Shown one piece after another: positions 53,253-63,895 of a stretch of DNA of 64,000 nt. The stretch lies in sequence record PQ724392.1, one strand, 5' to 3'. Both the position numbers and the translations under genes were made by a program. Every line of letters begins with the position of its first letter. Positions within the stretch are counted from its first letter, which is position 1. The notes under the pieces are model-generated. The model saw only the letters and a list, made by a program, of their open reading frames with translations, had not been told where the DNA came from and ran no database searches. Source of the stretch: a phage.

Positions 53253-53602
53253 TTGGTGAGCTCCTGGAAGTCCTGGGCGAACTTATCAAAAGACTGATTA
53301 ATCTGTTTTTCAACTAATTTAGGCTTCGCTACCACAACCTTAGTACGTTTTGCATCTGCACGGAGTTTATCATTTTCCTTCTGTAGGAGTTCAACATATT
53401 CCTGACGCTCCTGGTCAAGGAGATTAATTTGATTAATCTGGTCTTTTACTGATTGCAGATTTTTCGCGTTATCTTCTGCAACTTTGGTGACTTCCGCCAC
53501 CGCCGTCTTGAGATTATCTACTTTTGCTTTTAGATAGAAACCACTACCAGCAGTTACTACCAGGGCGAGCATAAGCCCTGCAGTGAGATTACTTATTTGC
53601 AT
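53249..53602 (-). CDS. Inner-membrane spanin (i-spanin, PseT.3-like)
   Basis: 117 aa; N-terminal transmembrane helix followed by charged coiled-coil sequence; paired with the o-spanin as in T4. Confidence 0.7.
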   Translation of the reverse strand: MQISNLTAGLMLALVVTAGSGFYLKAKVDNLKTAVAEVTKVAEDNAKNLQSVKDQINQINLLDQERQEYVELLQKENDKLRADAKRTKVVVAKPKLVEKQINQSFDKFAQDFQELTK

Positions 53603-54096
53603 AACTTGATGATTACCTCAACAATATCATCCTGGGATAAACCATTCAGGAGGATGTGATTTGTACTGTCAGATGCTGAAATGCGGAACTGATTACCAAC
53701 TTCATCCGCCATATCATCCTGGGTTAACACTGGGTGTTTAATCCCCAGGCGGTGTTGAAGTGTCAGGGGTTCAACCACAACATAACAAACACATCCATTG
53801 ATATGTACATTAGGTTGGGTCTGGTTAATGAACACTTCTGCATCATATTTAACCAAATGGTTCTTTAAGAAGTCAACCATTTCAGGAACAGATTCATGCA
53901 GTGCTTCTTTCCGCTCTTCTGATTTTTTATCACGATATTCTTTTTGTTTCGCCTTCAACTTTTTATTGGAGGCGAGTTTTTTCCGCAGGTCAGTCATGAG
54001 ACCAATTTTCTTGGTCCCTTTATAGACATAAATTCCGTCATGACGGTCACCATATTCATTGACAATCATTTCGTTTGAAATCAGTTGCATATCCAT
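53593..54096 (-). CDS. alc: Alc-like protein (candidate host transcription-elongation inhibitor), assigned by synteny and size
   Basis: Internal ATG at 54096 (GAGGAAA Shine-Dalgarno) gives 167 aa, the length of T4 Alc; located between rnlA and the spanins as alc is in T4. Confidence 0.5.
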   Translation of the reverse strand: MDMQLISNEMIVNEYGDRHDGIYVYKGTKKIGLMTDLRKKLASNKKLKAKQKEYRDKKSEERKEALHESVPEMVDFLKNHLVKYDAEVFINQTQPNVHINGCVCYVVVEPLTLQHRLGIKHPVLTQDDMADEVGNQFRISASDSTNHILLNGLSQDDIVEVIIKLCK

Positions 54097-54109
54097 AATA
54101 TTTTCCTCA

Positions 54110-54343
54110 TTAGTAGCGGTTGTAACCTCTAGGGCCAAAAGAGTTGGCACCCAGGCGTTCATCTTTCTTTTTGGCTCTTGCTCTAAACCCAGAATCACTT
54201 GTTTGAGCTTTCAATTCTTTTAACAATTTGGCCTTCAGGTCAGTAATGAAACCAATCCGGCGGTCTCCCTTGTAGACATAGATTCCATCATTTCTGTCAC
54301 CATATGCCTGTGTAACTCTGTCATTTGTAATTAAGTTTAACAT
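54110..54343 (-). CDS. Truncated paralog of the Alc-like N-terminal region (77 aa); PeSL-cassette cargo
   Basis: Shares YGDR(N/H)DGIYVYKG.(R/K).IG(F/L)(I/M)TDL(K/R)(A/K)KL with the N-terminus of the adjacent alc-like gene; internal ATG at 54343 with GAGGA Shine-Dalgarno; preceded by TGTACA-N17-CATAAT. Confidence 0.45.
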   Translation of the reverse strand: MLNLITNDRVTQAYGDRNDGIYVYKGDRRIGFITDLKAKLLKELKAQTSDSGFRARAKKKDERLGANSFGPRGYNRY

Positions 54344-54374
54344 GTTTTGGTCCTCATCAGTAGTTGATGGAACC

Positions 54375-54403
54375 ATTATGTATAGAAAGAAGGGGCTTGT
54401 ACA
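54375..54403 (-). promoter_or_regulatory. PeSL-like early promoter upstream of the Alc-fragment ORF
   Basis: On the - strand: GGGGTGTACAAGCCCC (the -35 TGTACA inside a short GGGG/CCCC stem), N17, CATAAT. Confidence 0.5.
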
Positions 54404-54413
54404 CCCCTTTTTA

Positions 54414-55550
54414 TTATTCAGGAAGGATTACTTCCGCTTGGTAGTCCAACGGAATGTAAAGTTTATGATTTTTAAGGAAAACTTTATTGATTTGAGCAAT
54501 CGTTTGTTCAGTTTCCTGTGGGCGTTGATAGGTGTTCATTAATACGGAGAACAATCCCGGGTACGGTTTACACAACTCTTGACCTTTAATCGCAAACTCG
54601 CGACGGTCTTTTCCTGCCAATTGTTTCTGAGCATCAAGCAACAGTCCAAGAGTGTTGGACAGATAATCCAGATGTGTTGCAGTAAAGGCAGTAACTTTTT
54701 CGCGGGCATAAGTATCACCAGTAAACATGGCAATAACATCATCTGCACCGCCAGCAACAACAACTTCAAACAGTCGCTCATTATTATTAATGGAGTCTTT
54801 GGTATGATGCAGGGCACAATACCATTCTGTTTTCATCTTGAACTTCTGACCACTCGCCAGCTCATAGACGAAACCTTCAATCTCTTTCATATCACGAACA
54901 TTCTCAATGCTCGCCGGGTCATATGCTTCAACCAGGAATGGACGGAGTGCAGCATCTTTGAACAGCTCCTGATAAGGAATATATTCACCAGTTTCATTAT
55001 GGCGAACGTTCAACAAAATCAAGTCACGTTCCTGGTAAGGAAGAACAATGCGATTTGTTGGTGCAACATATTCCATATTGCAAGTATATCCAGCTTCAGT
55101 GATTTCAGTCACACGGGCTCTGAACGCTTCACGATGAGGTTGTTTAAACACCTGCAGAGCTTCAGCAGCTTGTGAGCTTTTGATTGACCCTTTGGATTTA
55201 AACGCGATATTAGTCTGGTCCATATAAGTGGAAACCAAACTACCATCAGCTTTTGCAGTAACCAGGACAACTTCATCAAGGTTAAGACCAATAGTCATTG
55301 GGTTCTCACCCAGATTAAAGAATTTTTCCATTGGACGGGCCGCAATGCGAACTGGACCATTGTCATCCATTTCAAACATAATGCCACGGCACTCCAGCGC
55401 ATCATCAAGGAGCCAATCACTATAGGAAGCATAGTTATAGCTAAAGATGCGGAACTTAGTTTCAAATGGAGAAACAAAATCCGTATAGAAAAACTTACCT
55501 TTATCAGATTCGGCGCAAAGCTTCATTAAGTTATCATATAATTCAATCAT
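54414..55550 (-). CDS. rnlA: RNA ligase 1
   Basis: 378 aa; near-collinear with T4 Rnl1 (FFY.D.VS......RIFSYNYASYSDWLL.DALECRGIMFEMD...PVRIA.RPMEKFFNL). Confidence 0.9.
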   Translation of the reverse strand: MIELYDNLMKLCAESDKGKFFYTDFVSPFETKFRIFSYNYASYSDWLLDDALECRGIMFEMDDNGPVRIAARPMEKFFNLGENPMTIGLNLDEVVLVTAKADGSLVSTYMDQTNIAFKSKGSIKSSQAAEALQVFKQPHREAFRARVTEITEAGYTCNMEYVAPTNRIVLPYQERDLILLNVRHNETGEYIPYQELFKDAALRPFLVEAYDPASIENVRDMKEIEGFVYELASGQKFKMKTEWYCALHHTKDSINNNERLFEVVVAGGADDVIAMFTGDTYAREKVTAFTATHLDYLSNTLGLLLDAQKQLAGKDRREFAIKGQELCKPYPGLFSVLMNTYQRPQETEQTIAQINKVFLKNHKLYIPLDYQAEVILPE

Positions 55551-55957
55551 TTCTTCACCTTATGTTGGTAATTCCACGGGGGATTAAAAAGCTTGATGAA
55601 CATCGGCTCTTCCAGTGACATAGTTTCGACTGACATTGTGCCAAGTTCATTGGTCATTGACAGATTGAAACACTGTCGAGCATAGAATACCACCTTTTTA
55701 CCTTCTTGTAAAGCTTCATGTATCATCCGGGATTTGTTTGAATCACTCGTCTGGTCAATTCGGTTAATTGCAGTCCGGTAATAGTTGATACGCTTCTTAA
55801 GGTTGTTCGTCTTACCAATATACACTAGTTCATCATCAACTGAAATAGCATAGATAACATTTTTCTTGTTCGCGAGAGTAAGGGTAGGGATTGTACCATC
55901 GACTAACTCCAACTCCGCGTATTTTATAAAACTATATTCGTCAGCGATTTGTTTCAT
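55547..55957 (-). CDS. denA: Endonuclease II (GIY-YIG-like)
   Basis: Start at the internal ATG 55957 (the track ORF begins at TTG) gives 136 aa; near-collinear with T4 DenA (EYSFIKY.ELEL...NVIYAI...DELVYIGKT.NL.KRINYYRTAINR). Confidence 0.85.
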   Translation of the reverse strand: MKQIADEYSFIKYAELELVDGTIPTLTLANKKNVIYAISVDDELVYIGKTNNLKKRINYYRTAINRIDQTSDSNKSRMIHEALQEGKKVVFYARQCFNLSMTNELGTMSVETMSLEEPMFIKLFNPPWNYQHKVKK

Positions 55958-55961
55958 AGAC

Positions 55962-55978
55962 AAAAAGGGCCGAAGCCC
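55962..55978 (-). terminator. Terminator between nrdB and denA
   Basis: GGGCCGAAGCCC hairpin with a T-run on the - strand, directly after the nrdB stop. Confidence 0.55.
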
Positions 55979-55983
55979 TTTCC

Positions 55984-57162
55984 TTATAGATATTTACGGA
56001 AACCAGCAAGAACGCTCTCATCAACGTCATTGTCAATCTGGGCTACCAGGTAAGCGGACAACTCGACTTCTTGTGGTGCTGATTGCACGTTATCAGAGTT
56101 AAGATATTCGCGAATCCATGGAATCGGGTGCTTAGTAGATTCTAACACGATTTCACAAGGGAGGCCGCATTGCTTCATACGAGAAACCGTCAGATAATCG
56201 ATGAACCGGTTAAGAATCTCGACGCTCAGACCAGGGAGTCCACCATCTTTAAACAGATGCACGGCCCATTCTTTTTCCTGGCGATTAACTTCCATGAAAA
56301 TGGCTGCGGCTTCTGCTTCACATTCGTGAGCGATTTTAACCCATTCGTCACCGTCAACACCAGTCTGCAGCTGACGAAGAATATATTGGGTCCCCTTAAG
56401 GTGGAGCTGTTCATCACGGGCGATGAACTTCATTATCTTCGCATTGCCTTCCATGATTTCCATGTTCTTATGGAAGTTGAAAGTACAAGCAAAAGATACA
56501 TAAAAACGAATGGCTTCCAGGGCATTAATGACATGCAGGCAGAGATAAAGAGACTTCATCAATGCTCGTTTGGCAATAGCTTCTTGTTTGATAGCCCGTT
56601 CCAAACGTTCATCTGCTTCCGGAGTTTCTTTAGCCAGTTCAACAAAAGCAATCTGGTTTTGCCATTGACGAGTTTTATTCAGAACATCATCATAGTAATG
56701 ACCGATGGATTCTGCGCGCTTCATGATTGCATCATCTAACAGGATTTCGTCGAATACCTTCGCCGGGTCCGTATAGAGATTTCGCATTATGTGCGTATAA
56801 GAACGAGAGTGAATTGTCTCGCTGAATGTCCAAGTCTGAATCCAGGTATCAAGACTCGGGTCAGAAACTAATGCGGCTAATGCTGCTGCAGGAGCACGAC
56901 CCTGGATACTATCCAGAAGCGACTGGTATTTCAGGTTGTTGGTAAAAATATTTTGTTGATGTTCAGGAAGCTTATTAAATTGGGCTCCGTCCATCATCAG
57001 GTTTACTTCCTCTGGACGCCAGAAGAATGATAATTGCTTTTCTGTTAATTCTTCGAAAACTTTATGACGCTGGATATCATAACGGGCAATCCCCAATCCT
57101 GAACCGAAGAACATTGGCTCGGCTAAAACATCCACCGGAGTGGTATTAAAAACTGTACTCAT
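55984..57162 (-). CDS. nrdB: Ribonucleotide reductase small subunit NrdB, uninterrupted (no intron)
   Basis: 392 aa continuous ORF (T4 NrdB 388 aa); position between denA and nrdA. Confidence 0.9.
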   Translation of the reverse strand: MSTVFNTTPVDVLAEPMFFGSGLGIARYDIQRHKVFEELTEKQLSFFWRPEEVNLMMDGAQFNKLPEHQQNIFTNNLKYQSLLDSIQGRAPAAALAALVSDPSLDTWIQTWTFSETIHSRSYTHIMRNLYTDPAKVFDEILLDDAIMKRAESIGHYYDDVLNKTRQWQNQIAFVELAKETPEADERLERAIKQEAIAKRALMKSLYLCLHVINALEAIRFYVSFACTFNFHKNMEIMEGNAKIMKFIARDEQLHLKGTQYILRQLQTGVDGDEWVKIAHECEAEAAAIFMEVNRQEKEWAVHLFKDGGLPGLSVEILNRFIDYLTVSRMKQCGLPCEIVLESTKHPIPWIREYLNSDNVQSAPQEVELSAYLVAQIDNDVDESVLAGFRKYL

Positions 57163-57200
57163 TTTATTTCCTCAATAGCTCATCCATGAGCATAATTATA

Positions 57201-59456
57201 TCAAAGTTTACAGGCAGAGCAGTCTTCTGCTTTAGGAGCTTCGATTTCGTAATCGTCTGTACCAGAACCATCTCTAGTGTTATGATAATAAAGGTTTTTA
57301 CCGCCAAAATACCAGAAGTACATCAAGTCGTCAAGCATAACTGACATCGGAACTTTTCCTTTCGGATAATTCTGCGGGTCGTAATAGGTATTGGCTGATG
57401 CTGACTGGCAAATCCATTTCAACATAATCGCGACTTGGGTCAGATAAGGTTTGTTACCTTGCTTAGCTAATACCCATGCGTAATCGTACAATCCTTTATT
57501 GTGCTCGATATTTGGAACAACTTGATTAAAGGAACCTTCTTTAGATTCTTTAATACTTACCGGACCACGCGGAGGTTCGATACCGTTTGTAGAGTTGGAA
57601 ACTTGACTGCTCGACTCGCAAGGCATGAGCGCAGATAAGGTGCTATTACGGATGCCGTGTGCAACCAGGTCTTCCCGCAGCAGCGCCCAGTCACAAACGT
57701 AGTTTGGAGCTGCGATTTGGTCAATCTTTTTATTGTACCAGTCGATAGGTAATTCGCCTCGAGCCCAACGAGTGTCTGAATAATATTCGCAAGGTCCTTT
57801 TTCTTTGGCGAGCTTAATTGATGCACGGATAAGGCCATATTGTAATCTCTCAAACAGTTCATGCGTTAAATCGTTTGCATCGGCATAGGAAGCGAAATTG
57901 CTTGCCAACCATGCAGCATAGTTAGTAACCCCGACACCCAGGTTGCGCCGTTTTTTGGCTTTCAGAGCTTCTTTAACCGGATAACCCTGGTAGTCCAACA
58001 GATTATCAAGAGCACGAACTTGTACTTCGGCCAGCTCGTTAATTTTATCTTGGTCCTGCCAGTCAAAACTATCCAGAACAAATGCAGACAATGTGCACAA
58101 TCCGATTTCAGCATCTTCGCTGTTTACATCAGCGGTCGGGATTGCAATTTCGCAGCAAAGGTTTGATTGACGAATTGGAGCCTTATCACGGATGAACGGG
58201 GTGTAGTCATTCACGTTATCAACGAACTGTGGATAAACCCTGGCTGTCCCGGAACGTTCGGTCATGAATAATTCAAATAAATCTTTTGCTTTGATGCGCT
58301 TCTTACGAACCGTCGGGTCTTTTTCCAAGGCTTCGTATAACTCACGGAATTTATCCGGGTTATCAAAATATGAATAATATAATTCACCACCGGCTTCGTG
58401 TGGACTAAACAGAGTGATGTAATCATTCTTGGCCAGTCGTTCCATCATCAGGTTATTCAGCTGGACGCCATAGTCCATATGTCTGATGCGGTTTTCTTCA
58501 ACACCCTTGTTGTTCTTCAGAACGAGTAAATTTTCAACTTCCAAATGCCAAATAGGATAATAAGCAGTAGCAGCGCCGCCACGGATTCCACCTTGTGAAC
58601 ATGATTTAACAGCCGTTTGGAAATGCTTCCAGAACGGAATAACACCAGTATGCTTGACTTCGCCCATACCGATTTTCGAACCTTCGGCACGAATCATGCC
58701 AACGTTGATGCCGATACCTGCACGCTTACTGATATATTCGATGATTGAGTTAGCAGTCTTATTGATTGACTTCAGGGAGTCAGCAGCTTCGATAACCACA
58801 CACGAACTGAACTGCCGGGTAGGTGTTCTGGCACCCGCCATGATAGGTGTGGGCAACGAAACCTGTTGCGTGGATACTGCATCATAAAAACGGCAAACAT
58901 GCTTCAGGCGGTCCGTTGGTTCATCCTGGTGCAGTGCCATGCCGATAGCCATGATGGCGAACTGTGGAGTCTCATAGATTTTCCCAGTGGTTTTATCTTT
59001 AACCAGGTATTTCTCTTTAAGCTGCATCGCGCCTGCATAAGTCAGGTCAAAATCGCGTTCGTGCTTAATACGAGATTCCAGGTAAGTAATCTCTTCAGCT
59101 GAGTAGCTTGACAACAGCTCTGGGTCATATTTACCTTCATTAACACAATAAGAAATCTGGTCAATAAAAGAACGTGGCTCAAACTGGCCATAAACATCTT
59201 TACGCAGAGCAAACATCGTAGCTTTGGCTGCAACATATTGGTAATCTGGTTCTTCAACCGAAATAAGCCCAGCAGATACTTTGATGATAACCGTCTGAAT
59301 ATCGCGAGTAGTCATACCATCGCGCAGATGTGGTTTGATTGTTTCGTATAATTCATACGGGTCGATATTAGTTCCTTCGCATGACCAGGAAAGAACTTTA
59401 ATAATTTTCTGGCCATCAAAATCTTGAGATACACCACTACTTTTTTGTACTTGCAT
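57201..59456 (-). CDS. nrdA: Ribonucleotide reductase large subunit NrdA
   Basis: 751 aa (T4 NrdA 754 aa); class Ia RNR large-subunit organization including the C-terminal CxxC tail (...EDCSACKL). Confidence 0.95.
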   Translation of the reverse strand: MQVQKSSGVSQDFDGQKIIKVLSWSCEGTNIDPYELYETIKPHLRDGMTTRDIQTVIIKVSAGLISVEEPDYQYVAAKATMFALRKDVYGQFEPRSFIDQISYCVNEGKYDPELLSSYSAEEITYLESRIKHERDFDLTYAGAMQLKEKYLVKDKTTGKIYETPQFAIMAIGMALHQDEPTDRLKHVCRFYDAVSTQQVSLPTPIMAGARTPTRQFSSCVVIEAADSLKSINKTANSIIEYISKRAGIGINVGMIRAEGSKIGMGEVKHTGVIPFWKHFQTAVKSCSQGGIRGGAATAYYPIWHLEVENLLVLKNNKGVEENRIRHMDYGVQLNNLMMERLAKNDYITLFSPHEAGGELYYSYFDNPDKFRELYEALEKDPTVRKKRIKAKDLFELFMTERSGTARVYPQFVDNVNDYTPFIRDKAPIRQSNLCCEIAIPTADVNSEDAEIGLCTLSAFVLDSFDWQDQDKINELAEVQVRALDNLLDYQGYPVKEALKAKKRRNLGVGVTNYAAWLASNFASYADANDLTHELFERLQYGLIRASIKLAKEKGPCEYYSDTRWARGELPIDWYNKKIDQIAAPNYVCDWALLREDLVAHGIRNSTLSALMPCESSSQVSNSTNGIEPPRGPVSIKESKEGSFNQVVPNIEHNKGLYDYAWVLAKQGNKPYLTQVAIMLKWICQSASANTYYDPQNYPKGKVPMSVMLDDLMYFWYFGGKNLYYHNTRDGSGTDDYEIEAPKAEDCSACKL

Positions 59457-59489
59457 GTTTTCCTCTATAGTTCAAAAGGGTTGGGAACC

Positions 59490-59735
59490 TTAAATTGTCT
59501 CTGGTAGTTCCGAAGTCATTTCATCATTATATTCTTCTTCTGACTGGACAGTGATGTCAAAATATGACTGGACATCACCGGCTGAATCATGACAGTAGAC
59601 ACGTTCATGTCGTTTGGCCAGAAATTTGATTCCGTCAATAGTGATATAAGAATTTGGTGCAGGTAAATCCTGTTCGGTAAATTGTGGCATTTCAAAAATG
59701 ACTTCGCCTGATTGGCGTTTAAATCGTAAATTCAT
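59490..59735 (-). CDS. Hypothetical protein (81 aa)
   Basis: ORF between td and nrdA; position corresponds to the T4 nrdA.1/nrdA.2 region. Confidence 0.4.
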   Translation of the reverse strand: MNLRFKRQSGEVIFEMPQFTEQDLPAPNSYITIDGIKFLAKRHERVYCHDSAGDVQSYFDITVQSEEEYNDEMTSELPETI

Positions 59736-59794
59736 AATTTCCTCTCATTAAATTTTAAATAATTATATCACGGTGTCCTGAAGCGGAATCGTAT

Positions 59795-60094
59795 TTATGT
59801 ACCCAAATCCTCGAGCGAAAAGGTATCTTTGAAAAGTTTATTAACGACCAGAGCGATAACATCACCATGGCATGCTTTCGGTTTGCATGTACAAGCTAAT
59901 CGCATTCCGCGAAGGGTTTCAAGGTGTTCTCTTTTGATTTCACCCGATTTAATCTTTGATATGAAATATTCTTTAAAGTTCTTTATATTTTCTTCTCGGG
60001 TACCATCTTTGTATGGGTTTCCCCACATGGTACCCCGTTGAATATTCACATCAAAGTCGGATTGATATTTGTTAACAACCCGACAGGCTTTCAT
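59795..60094 (-). CDS. DUF4326-like small protein (99 aa)
   Basis: Motifs WGNPY, GTREE and LRG..L.C.C.PK.CHGDV match the DUF4326 family pattern as recalled; preceded by a sigma70-like promoter around 60100-60150. Confidence 0.5.
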   Translation of the reverse strand: MKACRVVNKYQSDFDVNIQRGTMWGNPYKDGTREENIKNFKEYFISKIKSGEIKREHLETLRGMRLACTCKPKACHGDVIALVVNKLFKDTFSLEDLGT

Positions 60095-60155
60095 AGTAGG
60101 AAGTTAAGTCCGACCATTATGGCCAGAAATAAAATACCGGCAATTTGAATTTTCA

Positions 60156-60352
60156 TTAGACCTCGACAATAAACCAGATAGACCGATTGAAATCATCGTA
60201 TTCATACGATTTAATCACACGCATAACATAAAGTTCTTTGTTCTGGACAAAAATCGTTGTTTTCTCTTTAGGCAGTTCATCGAGACTTATATTCATTTTT
60301 TCAAACAGCACCTCATTGGTGCCGTATCTATTGTTTACTATACGAATATTCA

Positions 60353-60353
<1 letters not shown>
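60156..60353 (-). CDS. Hypothetical protein (65 aa)
   Basis: ORF with its start immediately downstream of the td stop. Confidence 0.35.
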
Positions 60354-62129
<1,776 letters not shown>

Positions 62130-62139
62130 TATATTTTCC

Positions 62140-62379
62140 TCACGCTTTCTTGGCAACTTTCCAGTCAGCTTTAAATTGGTCAACGTCAGAGTGGTAAATC
62201 CAGAAACCGGATGAGCTACCATCTTCATAAAGAGGACAACCATCACACTCATCTTTCCAACCCATTTCACACAAAGCTTGTTCAGCTTTTTCCAGAGCTT
62301 CTGGATTGTTACCTTGGATTGTGAAGTACCATTTGCCTTTAACTTCTGAATCTTTGATGCTCTCACGTTGTAATTTCAT
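62140..62379 (-). CDS. Hypothetical protein (79 aa) with a CxxC motif; PeSL-cassette cargo
   Basis: Preceded by TGTACA-N17-CATAAT and the conserved leader CCATACTGAGTTAACAACTAAAACACTGGAGAATAAAATG; contains ECDGCP. Confidence 0.45.
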   Translation of the reverse strand: MKLQRESIKDSEVKGKWYFTIQGNNPEALEKAEQALCEMGWKDECDGCPLYEDGSSSGFWIYHSDVDQFKADWKVAKKA

Positions 62380-62420
62380 TTTATTCTCCAGTGTTTTAGT
62401 TGTTAACTCAGTATGGGACC

Positions 62421-62449
62421 ATTATGTCATAGCCCCATTTGGTTGTACA
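62421..62449 (-). promoter_or_regulatory. PeSL-like early promoter upstream of ORF 62140-62379
   Basis: On the - strand: AAAAAAGTAGTGTACA-N17-CATAAT plus the conserved leader. Confidence 0.55.
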
Positions 62450-62457
62450 CTACTTTT

Positions 62458-62712
62458 TTAAATTTTATCAAGCCATTTGCCAAGTTTAATCATTTCCTTG
62501 TTGGCTTTTTCCATACTTCTGAACTTAACTAATAAAGGATATGTATCTACACCCATAACAAGATTGGTTGCAAGACTGTGCTCACCCACAAGCCATAATG
62601 AGTAGGTTTGAACATCCAGACCATAATTTCTGTCTTTATGCAAACGCACACCCATCACTTCAAATTGTTCACTGGCTTTTTCCACTGCATCCAGGAAATC
62701 ATCTTTAGTCAT
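62458..62712 (-). CDS. Hypothetical protein (~84 aa)
   Basis: Track ORF begins at TTG; start moved to the internal ATG at 62712, directly downstream of the preceding stop. Confidence 0.4.
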   Translation of the reverse strand: MTKDDFLDAVEKASEQFEVMGVRLHKDRNYGLDVQTYSLWLVGEHSLATNLVMGVDTYPLLVKFRSMEKANKEMIKLGKWLDKI

Positions 62713-62713
62713 G

Positions 62714-63079
62714 TTAAATTCCAAAGGTAGCTTTAATCAAGGCAACAACTTCTGCCGCATTTTTGTGATTTACCTGTACATGAATGGTTTGGGTATCAAC
62801 AGCAGGAGCATCACCATCAACTTCCATGAAATGTTGGAATTCCCATTCACCAAGTTCAAAGTACTCATCAGCATCACCCATACTATTCAGGATGGTGCCA
62901 TCTTTCATTTCAACTTTTTCAACAAAATAATCACCTTCAATATAACACATATCCAGGACTTTGAAGGAATTACCATGTTGTTCCATCAACTTGACCATAC
63001 ACGAATTATCATCAGGACTACCAGCGATGAATTGTTTTTTGGCAGCGGGGTCTAATACGTAAAATTTACCAGTTTCCAT
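62714..63079 (-). CDS. Hypothetical acidic protein (121 aa), paralog A of the 63429-63791 gene
   Basis: Shares ME.GK.Y, DDYFEL/DEYFEL and a C-terminal (I/V)..L.KA(F) pattern with the 120-aa ORF about 700 bp upstream. Confidence 0.45.
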   Translation of the reverse strand: METGKFYVLDPAAKKQFIAGSPDDNSCMVKLMEQHGNSFKVLDMCYIEGDYFVEKVEMKDGTILNSMGDADEYFELGEWEFQHFMEVDGDAPAVDTQTIHVQVNHKNAAEVVALIKATFGI

Positions 63080-63138
63080 TTTAATTTCCTCATATTCAAT
63101 TGAGGGAACATATTATCATGTTCCCGTTTGTTTGTATA

Positions 63139-63366
63139 CTAAGCTTCAATCAAATTCATATAAAATTTAGTGTCTTCAGGGTACATACCATCACAATATT
63201 CATTTTGCATAAAGCGGGTAATGTCTTCAAGAGGACCTTGGACTTCAATTTGAATACCAAAGACTTCAGTATCTTTAATGTAAGTCATACACAAAGAAGG
63301 ATAACGATTGCGGATAACTTCGTAAGTGTATTCAAAATCAACGATATCAATATTAACCTTAGCCAT
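63139..63366 (-). CDS. Hypothetical protein (75 aa)
   Basis: ORF preceded by a GAGGAAAATAAAATG leader and a hairpin/promoter-like element at 63385-63425. Confidence 0.4.
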   Translation of the reverse strand: MAKVNIDIVDFEYTYEVIRNRYPSLCMTYIKDTEVFGIQIEVQGPLEDITRFMQNEYCDGMYPEDTKFYMNLIEA

Positions 63367-63428
63367 TTTATTTTCCTCATGTAGTTGATAGGTCTATAAT
63401 ATCTCAACCATAGACCCGTTGTAAACTG

Positions 63429-63791
63429 CTATTTGAAAGCTTTTTGTAGAAGTTCAATGATTTGGTCGACGTTATTAGCATCCACAACACAATTAATAGA
63501 AACCGCCCCAGAAGGTGTTTTTGCACAATTAGAGTATTCGCGGAAGCAATAAAACTCTTCTTCGCTAAGTTCAAAATAATCATCACCCATGCCATCATCA
63601 TTATAGATTGCACCATTAGCACAAATGATTTCGGTTACATAATCATAGCCGTCTGCACTTGATATTGATTTAACTTCAAACCAACCGCCATTTTCTTGGA
63701 TGATGTCGACCATACTGGCATTCGATGAACTAATATCAATGAAAGATTTAATACGGTGTGGATTGAACTCATATTTTTTGCCGATTTCCAT
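63429..63791 (-). CDS. Hypothetical acidic protein (120 aa), paralog B; PeSL-cassette cargo
   Basis: Preceded by TGTACA-N17-CATAAT and a GAGGAAATAAAAATG leader; paralogous to 62714-63079. Confidence 0.45.
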   Translation of the reverse strand: MEIGKKYEFNPHRIKSFIDISSSNASMVDIIQENGGWFEVKSISSADGYDYVTEIICANGAIYNDDGMGDDYFELSEEEFYCFREYSNCAKTPSGAVSINCVVDANNVDQIIELLQKAFK

Positions 63792-63829
63792 TTTTATTTC
63801 CTCAGTTGTTATCAGTAGTTGATGGAATC

Positions 63830-63858
63830 ATTATGCCTTAGCTCAAAGGACTTGTACA
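63830..63858 (-). promoter_or_regulatory. PeSL-like early promoter upstream of ORF 63429-63791
   Basis: On the - strand: AAAAAGTAGTGTACA-N17-CATAAT; terminator hairpin immediately upstream at 63880-63895. Confidence 0.55.
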
Positions 63859-63870
63859 CTACTTTTTGAA

Positions 63871-63895
63871 AATAAAAAAGGGACCCGAAGGTCCC
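63871..63895 (-). terminator. Terminator immediately upstream of the 63830-63858 PeSL promoter
   Basis: GGGACCCGAAGGTCCC hairpin, identical to those at 27475 and 39438, with a T-run on the - strand. Confidence 0.55.

Noticed and set aside
62140-62379. Thioredoxin or glutaredoxin call for the 79-aa ORF, based on its CDGC motif
   Set aside because: The CxxC lies mid-protein in a sequence too short and with the wrong motif context for a thioredoxin fold. It is left as hypothetical.
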